Origin: Paracoccus suum
GTDB taxonomy: Bacteria > Pseudomonadota > Alphaproteobacteria > Rhodobacterales > Rhodobacteraceae
Length of the DNA stretch: 32,000 bases
NCBI RefSeq assembly: GCF_003324675.1
Contig: NZ_CP030918.1
Coordinates: forward strand, 1,170,001-1,202,000
Reading direction: 5' to 3'
The position numbers and the translations under genes are program-made. Of this stretch, positions 8,670 to 15,848 are shown piece after piece. A model generated the notes under the pieces. That model was not told the origin of the DNA. It searched no databases and worked only from the letters and a program-made list of their open reading frames with translations. Each line of letters starts with the position of its first letter. Position 1 is the first letter of the stretch.

Positions 8670-8673
8670 ACCC

Positions 8674-9066
8674 TCACTTCGCTGCGACGGCGGGCCGTTG
8701 TTTGCGCAGGGCCTGCTTTTCGACGATCTTGCCGTCCTTGATCCGGAACAGGTCAGCGCCCTGCACCTCGGTGCGGGTGCCGTCCGGGTTGGTCGCGCGG
8801 AAGGTCCACTGCGACACGCCCCGCGATCCGTCCTCGGACATGAAGTGGCTGTGGTCGGCCCATTGCACATCCGGCATCGCGGTCCAGACGCCGGTGAACG
8901 CCTTGGCGATCGCCTCGCGGCCCTTCACCTCGTTGCCGAACTCGTTGTCGCCAGCGACGGTGTAAAACACGCAGTCATCGGCAAAATGCTGCATCACGCC
9001 GTCGATGTCGTGACGGTTGAAAGCGTCGAAAGTCGCCTTCAGATGGTCTGCGGTCAGGGTGCTCAT
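8674..9066 (-). CDS. tauX: Small NTF2/SnoaL-like protein, taurine dehydrogenase small subunit
   Basis: 130 aa from ATG 9066, with GAGAGGA 6 nt upstream. The ATG at 9084 is an alternative with a weaker SD. The pattern LKATFDAFNRHDIDGVMQHFADDCVFY...GREAIAKAF looks SnoaL-like. Its position directly upstream of tauY matches the tauXY arrangement. Confidence 0.75.
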   Translation of the reverse strand: MSTLTADHLKATFDAFNRHDIDGVMQHFADDCVFYTVAGDNEFGNEVKGREAIAKAFTGVWTAMPDVQWADHSHFMSEDGSRGVSQWTFRATNPDGTRTEVQGADLFRIKDGKIVEKQALRKQRPAVAAK

Positions 9067-9200
9067 GGCAGTCCTCTCAGTCATTGGATACTCGCCGCGC
9101 GGTCATTGCCGCGCGTCACGATCGGTCAGTGTGGAAAGCGTTTTGCCGGGAGGCGGGCCTCAGCCCGCGGTGGCCTGGACCGCCGCGGGTAAAAGGGCGT

Positions 9201-10052
9201 TCAGACTTTGCCTTTCCACGGGATCAGGCGCCGTTCCAGGTAGCGGATCAGCAAGTCGAAGGCGAAGGCGAAAGCGCCGATGACGATGATGCCCATGATC
9301 ACGGTCGCACTGTCGAGGAACTGGGCCGCGTTCAGCACCATGAACCCCAGGCCGCGCGTCGCGGCGATCATCTCGGCCGCGACCAGCGTCGTCCAGCCGA
9401 CGCCGAGGCCGATGCGCATCCCGGTGAAGATCTCGGGCAGGGCGCCGTTCAGGATGACGTGGCGGATGACCTGGCCGCGCGAGGCGCCCATCGCATAGGC
9501 GGCGTGAATCTGTTCGGTCGCGACCGAGCGCACCCCGGCGCGGGCCGAAATCGCGAGCGGCGCAAAGATCGCCAGGAAGATGAGGAAAATCTTGGAGCCT
9601 TCGCCGATCCCCAGCCAGATGATGACCAGCGGCAGATAGGCCAGCGGCGGAAGCGGACGGTAAAATTCGATGATCGGGTCAAAGATGCCGCGCATCAGGC
9701 GGTTCACGCCCATGAGGATACCGACCGGAATGGCGATGACCGCGGCCAGCACGAAGGCCGAGAAAACCCGCCCGAGGCTGGCCAGCGTGTGTTGCAGCAA
9801 GGTCGAGTTGGCCACGCCGTCGGTCGAGGCAATGACGAACTTGTTCCATACGGCGCCGGGCGACGGCAGGAACAGCGGCTTGACCCAGCCCATGCCGGTA
9901 ACGAGAAACCACAGGGCGATCAGGATGACCGCGGTCAGCAGGCTGACATTGACCGTCGAGCCCGAGGTGACGCCGTAATACGATCCTGCTTGTGCGGCGC
10001 GCTTGCCCCGGAACCAGGGAAAGGCAAAGCCGGCGGCGCTCTGTTCAGCCAT
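9201..10052 (-). CDS. tauC: Taurine ABC transporter permease
   Basis: 283 aa, multi-pass, with the ABC permease EAA-type loop AAYAMGASRGQVIRHVILNGALPEIFTGMRIGLG. ATG at 10052 with GAGGGGG 6 nt upstream. Overlaps the tauB stop by 8 nt. Confidence 0.88.
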   Translation of the reverse strand: MAEQSAAGFAFPWFRGKRAAQAGSYYGVTSGSTVNVSLLTAVILIALWFLVTGMGWVKPLFLPSPGAVWNKFVIASTDGVANSTLLQHTLASLGRVFSAFVLAAVIAIPVGILMGVNRLMRGIFDPIIEFYRPLPPLAYLPLVIIWLGIGEGSKIFLIFLAIFAPLAISARAGVRSVATEQIHAAYAMGASRGQVIRHVILNGALPEIFTGMRIGLGVGWTTLVAAEMIAATRGLGFMVLNAAQFLDSATVIMGIIVIGAFAFAFDLLIRYLERRLIPWKGKV

Positions 10053-10887
10053 GGACTACCCCCTCGGCCGCTCCGGCCCGTTCGTCGCCATAGATGATGC
10101 CCAGCACCTGCTCGCGCATCCTGATGAAATCCGGGTCCGACTTGACCGCGCGGGAATCGCCGGTCTCGAGGAAGCGGCGGTTGAAATCCAGATCGAAGCT
10201 GTGGGTGATCCGGCCCGGGCGTGGCGACATGACGATCAGCCGCGATCCGAGGAAAAGCGCCTCTTCAACACTGTGGGTGATGAAGAAGAACATCTTGTTG
10301 GACACCGACCAGATCTTCAGCAGAAGTTCCTGGATGGTCTCGCGGGTCAGTGCGTCAAGCGCCGCCATCGGCTCGTCCATCAGCAGCATGGCGGGATCGC
10401 AGGTCAGGGCGCGGGCAATGCCCACGCGCTGCTGCATGCCGCCCGAAAGCTGATAGATCATGTGGTTGTGGAAATCCTCGAGCCCGACCAGCGCCAGGTT
10501 ATCGGCCGCACGGCGGCGGCGCTCGACCTTCGGAACGCCCCGCAGCTTGAGGCCGAACTCGGCATTTTCCATGACCGTGAGCCAAGGCAGAAGGGCGTGC
10601 TTCTGGAACACCACGCCGCGGTCGGCACCCGGCCCGCGGATGGTGCGGCCGCCCAGCGTCAGCTGCCCCGCCGTGGGGGCCATGAAGCCCGCCATCAGGT
10701 TCAGCAGGGTCGTCTTGCCGCAGCCCGACGCGCCCAACGCCACCACGAAGTCCCCTGGCTCGATATCGAGATTGAGCCCCTTCAGTGCAATCACCGCCGT
10801 GTGGGACGATTGCCGCGGGTAGGTCAGGTCGACGTTCTCGACCCGCAGCGCCACTTGGGCGCTGCCGGTTTCTGATGCCTGGGCCAT
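10045..10887 (-). CDS. tauB: Taurine ABC transporter ATP-binding protein
   Basis: Walker A GASGCGKTT, signature LSGGMQQRVGIARAL, Walker B LLMDEP. The track start at 10890 is GTG. The ATG at 10887 overlaps the tauA stop (TGATG). Confidence 0.9.
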   Translation of the reverse strand: MAQASETGSAQVALRVENVDLTYPRQSSHTAVIALKGLNLDIEPGDFVVALGASGCGKTTLLNLMAGFMAPTAGQLTLGGRTIRGPGADRGVVFQKHALLPWLTVMENAEFGLKLRGVPKVERRRRAADNLALVGLEDFHNHMIYQLSGGMQQRVGIARALTCDPAMLLMDEPMAALDALTRETIQELLLKIWSVSNKMFFFITHSVEEALFLGSRLIVMSPRPGRITHSFDLDFNRRFLETGDSRAVKSDPDFIRMREQVLGIIYGDERAGAAEGVVHG

Positions 10888-11942
10888 CACTTGGATGCAG
10901 CCTCAGCGTAGGTGCTCAGGACGAACGGGCTATAGTCGTCCAGCACGGCGTCGATCTGCTTCTGGTCCTTCAGGAACTCGGCGCTAGTGCCGAGCGCGCG
11001 CAGGGCACCGCCCTCCTTGCCGCCGCCGAGCCAGGTGGCCGAGGCCTGCTCATCCGCGGTCGGGAACCCCAGCAGCTGGATGTCGCTGGCGATATCGGCG
11101 GCGTTGCCACCGATCAGCTTCACCATGCCCTGGATCTGCGGCGAGTCGGCGGTCCAGTCCTTGCCATGTTCCTTGTAGTCGGCATAGGCCGCGGCAAGCG
11201 CCTTGGTGAAGGCTTCCATGAACTTGGGGTTCTTCTCGGCCCAGGAGGTGCTGGCGACGAGGCCGTCGAAGGTCGGCACGGTCGCGGCGCCGATCTGCTC
11301 GGAGTCGGCGATCACAGTGCCGTCCTTCTTCAACTCGGACAGGGCCGGTGGCCAGACGTAGGCGGCGTCGATGTCGCCGCGCTGCCAAGCGGCCACGATC
11401 TGCGGCGGCGCAAGGTTCAGCAGCTGAACATCGCGCGGGTTGATGTCCCACATCTTGGTCAGGCCAGCGAGCAGGTGGAAGTGCGAGGTCGAAACGAACG
11501 GCACCGCGACCTTCTTGCCCTTCAGATCGGCGGGCGAGTTGATGCCCGACCCGTTGCGCGCCACGAGCGCCTCGGACTTGCCGATGTTGTCGAGGATCCA
11601 GAATACCGCGACATCGACACCGCGGGAGGCGGCAGCGGTCAGGCCGGTCGAGCCGATCACGCCGATCGGCACGTCGCCCGAGGCGAGCGCCGTCGAGATA
11701 TCGCCGCCCGAACTGAACTGGCGCCATTCGGCCTTGTAGCCGGCATCCGCCAGCGCCTTATCGATGCTGCCATCCGCGATGGCCGACAGGAAGGGCCCGA
11801 CGATCTGCTGATAGCCGACCGTGACGCTTTCCTGGGCGTTGGCGACGCCAGCCGACAGGAACGCGGCGGCCGTCAGGGCCATCGCAGTCCTCCCCGAGGT
11901 GCGGAGGGATACGCCCGTCCACATGGTTTTCATAAAGCTCAT
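10887..11942 (-). CDS. tauA: Taurine ABC transporter periplasmic substrate-binding protein
   Basis: 351 aa with a signal peptide (MALTAAAFLSAGVANA-QE) and NMT1/TauA-like binding-protein composition. ATG at 11942 with GGGAG 6 nt upstream. First gene of the tauABC set. Confidence 0.88.
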   Translation of the reverse strand: MSFMKTMWTGVSLRTSGRTAMALTAAAFLSAGVANAQESVTVGYQQIVGPFLSAIADGSIDKALADAGYKAEWRQFSSGGDISTALASGDVPIGVIGSTGLTAAASRGVDVAVFWILDNIGKSEALVARNGSGINSPADLKGKKVAVPFVSTSHFHLLAGLTKMWDINPRDVQLLNLAPPQIVAAWQRGDIDAAYVWPPALSELKKDGTVIADSEQIGAATVPTFDGLVASTSWAEKNPKFMEAFTKALAAAYADYKEHGKDWTADSPQIQGMVKLIGGNAADIASDIQLLGFPTADEQASATWLGGGKEGGALRALGTSAEFLKDQKQIDAVLDDYSPFVLSTYAEAASK

Positions 11943-12029
11943 TTTCTACTCCCTGAAACGGGCTGAGGGCCGCTGGACCGCATCTTTGCGCGGCTTGACT
12001 GGCATCATTGCGTGACGTTCCGTCACAGG

Positions 12030-12061
12030 CTATGTCCAGTTTAGGATATCGGTAGGTCCAG
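12030..12061 (-). promoter_or_regulatory. Candidate TauR operator: two CTGGAC-containing direct repeats 22 bp apart
   Basis: The minus strand reads CTGGACCTAC (12061-12052) and CTGGACATAG (12039-12030), a shared pattern CTGGAC-N-TA-N-C. The repeats point toward tauA and abut the tauR ATG at 12066. A third CTGGAC lies in opposite orientation at 11973-11978. A palindrome GTGACG-TTC-CGTCAC lies at 12012-12026. Confidence 0.45.
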
Positions 12062-12065
12062 AACG

Positions 12066-13544
12066 ATGACGGCTTGCCTGCCCCTCGATTCAATCTTCCT
12101 GGGTCAGGAGCGTCACCAGACGCTGCAATCGCGTCTGATGTCGGGAATGGTGACGGCGATCATGTCCGCGGGCTGTGTGCCCGGCACGCGCATCCCCTCG
12201 ACCCGGTATCTCGCGAACGCCCTCGGCCTCTCGCGCATGACGGTAACTCTGGTCTACGCCGAGCTTGCGGCAATGGGCTATATCGAGAGCAAGCCGCGAT
12301 CCGGCTTTGTCGTTGCCTCGACCGTGCCGGTGCGCCGGCTGTCGACCCAAGGGGACGGCGCCCCTGAGGCGGGAGGCAGCGTCAATTGGGACGAATGGCT
12401 TCCGCCGCACACGCCGCGCAAGCGGGTCATTCGCAAGCCGGCCGACTGGCGCGACTATCCCTATCCGTTCATTTTCGGGCAGACCGATCCCTCGCTGCTG
12501 GACCATGCCGCCTGGCGCGACTGCGCGCGCCGTGCTCTGGGCCGCAACGATTTTGGCGAGATGTCGGTCGATCTGATGACCCGCGACGATCCGCGGCTGG
12601 TCGAGCAGATCTGTACGGCGACCCTGCCACGCCGTGGTATCAGCGCGCGGCCTGACGAGGTTCTGATCACCGTCGGTTCGCAAAATGCCCTCTACCTGAC
12701 ACTGGAGCTGCTGGCCCGCGACGACCGCCCCACCGTCATCGAAGAGCCTGGCTATCCCGACTTCGCCGAAACGCTGCGCGCCCGCGGCGTGCCCATGCAG
12801 TTCGCTACGGTCGACGAGGGCGGGCTTGACCTGGGAGCGATTCCCGCGGGCACGAAGATGGTCGTGGTCACCCCCAGCCACCACATTCCCACCGGCGCGA
12901 CGATGCCCATGGATCGACGCCGCGCGCTGCTCGAACGGGCCGAGGCGGATGATTTCCTGATCATCGAGGATGATTACGACTACGAGATGTCCTACCTCGC
13001 ACCGCCGATGCCGGCGCTCAAGTCGCTCGATCGCAACGGCCGGGTGATCTACCTCGGTAGCTTTTCCAAATCGCTCTTTCCGGGGTTGCGGATGGGGTAT
13101 CTGGTCGGCCCGGCCCCGCTGATCGAGGCAGCGCGCGCCGAGCGGGCGATGATGCTGCGCCATCCCGCCAGCCAGATGCAGCGCATCACCGCCTATTTCC
13201 TGTCACTGGGGTATTACGAGGCGCATATCCACCGCCTGCGCGAGGCGATGGCGGCGCGCATGGCGTGCCTGGTGCAAAGCCTGGCCGATACGCCGTTCCG
13301 CATTGCGGGGGCTGGCCGCGACGGCGGCGCCTGCCTCTGGGTCGAGGCGCCGGCCGGCGTCGACAGCCGCGCCCTCGCCAATGCCGCCGTCGCGCGTGGC
13401 GTCCTGATCGAGCCGGGCGATGTCTTTTTCGAGCACCCGCCCCAGCCGTGCCCGTTCTTTCGCCTCGGCTGCGCATCCATCGGCACCGAGCGGATTCCGC
13501 TAGGCATCGCGGCCCTGACCGAGGCGCTGGCCGAACTGGCTTGA
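12066..13544 (+). CDS. tauR: MocR/GntR-family regulator with aminotransferase-like (PLP) domain, taurine regulator
   Basis: 492 aa. N-terminal wHTH (GTRIPSTRYLANALGLSRMTVTLVYAELAAMGYIESKPRSGFVV) followed by an aminotransferase class I/II-like domain (YLGSFSKSLFPGLRMGYLVGP). Divergent from tauABC. Confidence 0.88.
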   Translation: MTACLPLDSIFLGQERHQTLQSRLMSGMVTAIMSAGCVPGTRIPSTRYLANALGLSRMTVTLVYAELAAMGYIESKPRSGFVVASTVPVRRLSTQGDGAPEAGGSVNWDEWLPPHTPRKRVIRKPADWRDYPYPFIFGQTDPSLLDHAAWRDCARRALGRNDFGEMSVDLMTRDDPRLVEQICTATLPRRGISARPDEVLITVGSQNALYLTLELLARDDRPTVIEEPGYPDFAETLRARGVPMQFATVDEGGLDLGAIPAGTKMVVVTPSHHIPTGATMPMDRRRALLERAEADDFLIIEDDYDYEMSYLAPPMPALKSLDRNGRVIYLGSFSKSLFPGLRMGYLVGPAPLIEAARAERAMMLRHPASQMQRITAYFLSLGYYEAHIHRLREAMAARMACLVQSLADTPFRIAGAGRDGGACLWVEAPAGVDSRALANAAVARGVLIEPGDVFFEHPPQPCPFFRLGCASIGTERIPLGIAALTEALAELA

Positions 13545-13564
13545 TCTGGCTGGGCGTGGTATCC

Positions 13565-13595
13565 GGAAAATGAAAAACCCCAGCAATTGCCGGGG
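13565..13595 (-). terminator. Rho-independent terminator of tRNA-Leu (may also end tauR)
   Basis: The minus strand reads CCCCGGCAATTGCTGGGG, a 7-bp stem including one G-U pair with an AATT loop, followed by TTTTTCATTTTCC. It lies about 42 nt downstream of the tRNA CCA end. Confidence 0.65.
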
Positions 13596-13637
13596 TCTGT
13601 CACACTCGCGCTCAGGTTCGCGCGATCGTCGCAATTG

Positions 13638-13722
13638 TGGTGCCCAGGAGAGGACTCGAACCTCCACACCTTGCGGCACACGGACCTGAACCGTGCGCGT
13701 CTACCAATTCCGCCACCTGGGC
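13638..13722 (-). tRNA. tRNA-Leu (anticodon CAG), type II with long variable arm, CCA encoded
   Basis: The reverse complement reads GCCCAGGTGGCGGAATTGGTAGACGCGCACGGTTCAGGTCCGTGTGCCGCAAGGTGTGGAGGTTCGAGTCCTCTCCTGGGCACCA. Acceptor stem GCCCAGG/CCTGGGC. Anticodon stem CACGG/CCGTG with loop TTCAGGT, so the anticodon is CAG. T-loop TTCGAGT. Length 85 nt. Confidence 0.93.
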
Positions 13723-13741
13723 CAGTCGCGTGGAGAGGGGA

Positions 13742-13768
13742 ATTATGGCGAGCCGCCGTGGGTGTCAA
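13742..13768 (-). promoter_or_regulatory. Possible sigma-70-type promoter of tRNA-Leu
   Basis: The minus strand reads TTGACA (13768-13763), a 15-nt spacer, then CATAAT (13747-13742), ending 19 nt before the mature tRNA 5' end. The spacer is shorter than the 17-nt optimum. Confidence 0.3.
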
Positions 13769-13918
13769 CGGGCAAAACGCGCGATCCTTGCACAACCTCG
13801 ATGATGGCGCGCGGCGCGCCTGCCCATCCCAGCGAGCCGAACGCGCGATGCTTGCCGCGCGAGGTGGCAGAGGCTAACACCCATGGCGAAAAGGTCAGCA
13901 GGGACCGGGGGTTTGGCC

Positions 13919-14905
13919 ATGTCGAAACTGGTGACAATCTACGGCGGCTCGGGCTTTCTGGGCCGGCAGATCGCCCAGGCAATGGCCCGGCAGGGCTGGC
14001 GCGTCAGGGTGGCCGTGCGCCGCCCGAACGAGGCCTTGTCGGTGCGGACCTATGGCGCCGTTGGCCAGGTTGAGCCCGTCGCCTGCAACGTGCGCGACGA
14101 TTTCTCCGTGCGCGCCGCGATGACGGATGCCGATGCCGTCATCAACTGCGTGGGCGTCATCGTCTCTGAGGGAAGAAATCGCTTTGACGCCGTCAACGAG
14201 GCGGCGGCGGGCCGTATCGCCCGGCTGTCGGTCGAAATGGGGGTCCCCCGGCTGGTGCAGGTCTCGGCCCTGGGTGCCGACGCGAACGCCAAGTCCGGCT
14301 ATCTGTCGTCCAAGGGGCGGGGCGAGGCGCTGGTATTGGAAGCCCGGCCCGATGCGGTGATCCTGCGCCCCTCGGTAATGTTCGGGGCCGGCGACAGCTT
14401 CTACAACAAGCTCGCGGGGCTGGTATCGTTCGCGCCGATCGTGGCGATCACGGGCGGGCGCTCGGAGGTGCAACCGGTGTTCGTAGATGACGTTGCCCGG
14501 GTGGCTGTCATGGCGGCGGGAGGCGAGGCGCCGTCCGGCATCTACGAACTTGGCGGCCCCGAGGTGATGACCCTCCGCCAGGTGATGGCGCAGATCCTGG
14601 GCGTCATCGGCCGCCGGCGTCTAGTCGTCAGCCTGCCCGGTTGGCTGGCCGCAATTCCGGCGACCGGGCTGGACGTTTTCCAATGGGCAAGCGGCGGTCT
14701 GGTGACCAACCGGCTGATCACCCGCGACCAGCTTCGCGCGCTGCGCGTGCCTAACCGGGTCGGCACCGGCACCATGGGCTTTGCCGACCTCGGGATCACC
14801 CCGGTCGCGGCCGATGCAGTGATTCCGGACTACCTGTGGCGCTTCCGCCCCTCCGGGCAATATGCGGCGATCAAGGCCTCGGCCAAAAAGCTGCGCGCGC
14901 GCTGA
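13919..14905 (+). CDS. NAD(P)-binding SDR, complex I NDUFA9-subunit-like family protein
   Basis: A Rossmann motif close to the N-terminus ([20 protein letters not shown]) if the start is ATG 13919. The track start at ATG 13883 would add 12 residues. Also YLSSKGRGE and a NmrA/epimerase-like layout. The stop overlaps the uppP start (TGATG). Confidence 0.78.
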   Translation: MSKLVTIYGGSGFLGRQIAQAMARQGWRVRVAVRRPNEALSVRTYGAVGQVEPVACNVRDDFSVRAAMTDADAVINCVGVIVSEGRNRFDAVNEAAAGRIARLSVEMGVPRLVQVSALGADANAKSGYLSSKGRGEALVLEARPDAVILRPSVMFGAGDSFYNKLAGLVSFAPIVAITGGRSEVQPVFVDDVARVAVMAAGGEAPSGIYELGGPEVMTLRQVMAQILGVIGRRRLVVSLPGWLAAIPATGLDVFQWASGGLVTNRLITRDQLRALRVPNRVGTGTMGFADLGITPVAADAVIPDYLWRFRPSGQYAAIKASAKKLRAR

Positions 14906-15708
14906 TGGCCGACCAGACACTGGTTGCCGCAGCCTTGGGGCTGCTCGAGGGCCTGACCGAGTTCATTCCCGTCTCCTCCACCGGCCACATCCTGCTGGCC
15001 GGGCACTTTCTTGGCTTTGATTCGCCCGGCCGCGCGTTCGAGGTGCTGATCCAGCTTGGCGCGATCCTCGCGATCCTTGGCCTTTACGCTGGCCGGCTGT
15101 GGCGCCTGTTCGCATCGGCCCCACATGATCCGCGCTCGCGCCGCTTTATCCTGGCGGTGCTGCTGGCGTTCCTGCCCGCCGTCGTGGTCGGCGTTCTGGC
15201 GCATGATTTCATCAAGACGGTGCTGTTTGAAACGCCCTCCCTGATCGCCGTGATGCTGATTCTGGGCGGGATCATTCTGCTGTTCGCCGACCGGTTGGCG
15301 GTGAGCCCGCGCTATCACGCAGCCGAGGACCTACCCTTGCCGGTCGCCTTTGGCATTGGCGTGATCCAGTGCCTCGCGATGATTCCCGGGGTCTCGCGGT
15401 CTGGGGCGACCATCGTCGGCGCGCTGGCGATGGGGGCTGACAAGCGGACCGCGGCCGAGTTCAGCTTTTGGCTGTCGATGCCGACCATGGCAGGCGCCTT
15501 CGCTTATGACCTGATGAAGAACCGCGCCGTGCTGGATTCGGCCGGATGGCTGCATGTCGCCGTCGGCTTTGTCTGCGCCTTCATCGCCGCGTCGATCGTG
15601 GTGCGCTGGCTGCTCGGTTACGTCTCGCGCAACGGGTACGCGCTTTTCGCGTGGTGGCGGATCGCGGTAGGGATCGTGGTTTTGCTGGCCTTGGCGGCAG
15701 GTAGGTAA
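14905..15708 (+). CDS. uppP: Undecaprenyl-diphosphate phosphatase
   Basis: 267 aa from ATG 14905 ([31 protein letters not shown]). EFxPVSSxGH is the BacA/UppP signature. Multi-pass membrane protein with [10 protein letters not shown]. Confidence 0.92.
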   Translation: MADQTLVAAALGLLEGLTEFIPVSSTGHILLAGHFLGFDSPGRAFEVLIQLGAILAILGLYAGRLWRLFASAPHDPRSRRFILAVLLAFLPAVVVGVLAHDFIKTVLFETPSLIAVMLILGGIILLFADRLAVSPRYHAAEDLPLPVAFGIGVIQCLAMIPGVSRSGATIVGALAMGADKRTAAEFSFWLSMPTMAGAFAYDLMKNRAVLDSAGWLHVAVGFVCAFIAASIVVRWLLGYVSRNGYALFAWWRIAVGIVVLLALAAGR

Positions 15709-15848
15709 AAAACCGGACCTAAATCATGAGGGAAAAATTTCCTTCCGACTGGATCGGCCAAAGAATCTTTAATTAAGGTCAGCACTGCTGCCTTTTCATG
15801 TTGCCTCGCTTGTTTTAGGCCGATCCCTTGAGACGAGCGGGGGGCAGC

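Noticed and set aside
13545-13918. tRNA-Leu as a possible integration site, which would make the adjacent taurine locus a genomic island.
   Set aside because: No integrase or recombinase is present, I could find no direct repeat of the tRNA 3' end nearby, and the tau genes have codon usage typical of the host.
15726-15776. 16-codon small ORF (MREKFPSDWIGQRIFN) in the uppP-gltD gap.
   Set aside because: No SD, AT-rich codons unlike host usage, and too short to support without conservation or ribosome profiling data.
15775-15795. Sigma-54-like element AAGGTCAGCACTGCTGCC upstream of gltD.
   Set aside because: The GG-to-GC spacing is off by one from the -24/-12 consensus TGGCAC-N5-TTGC, and the flanking bases do not match.
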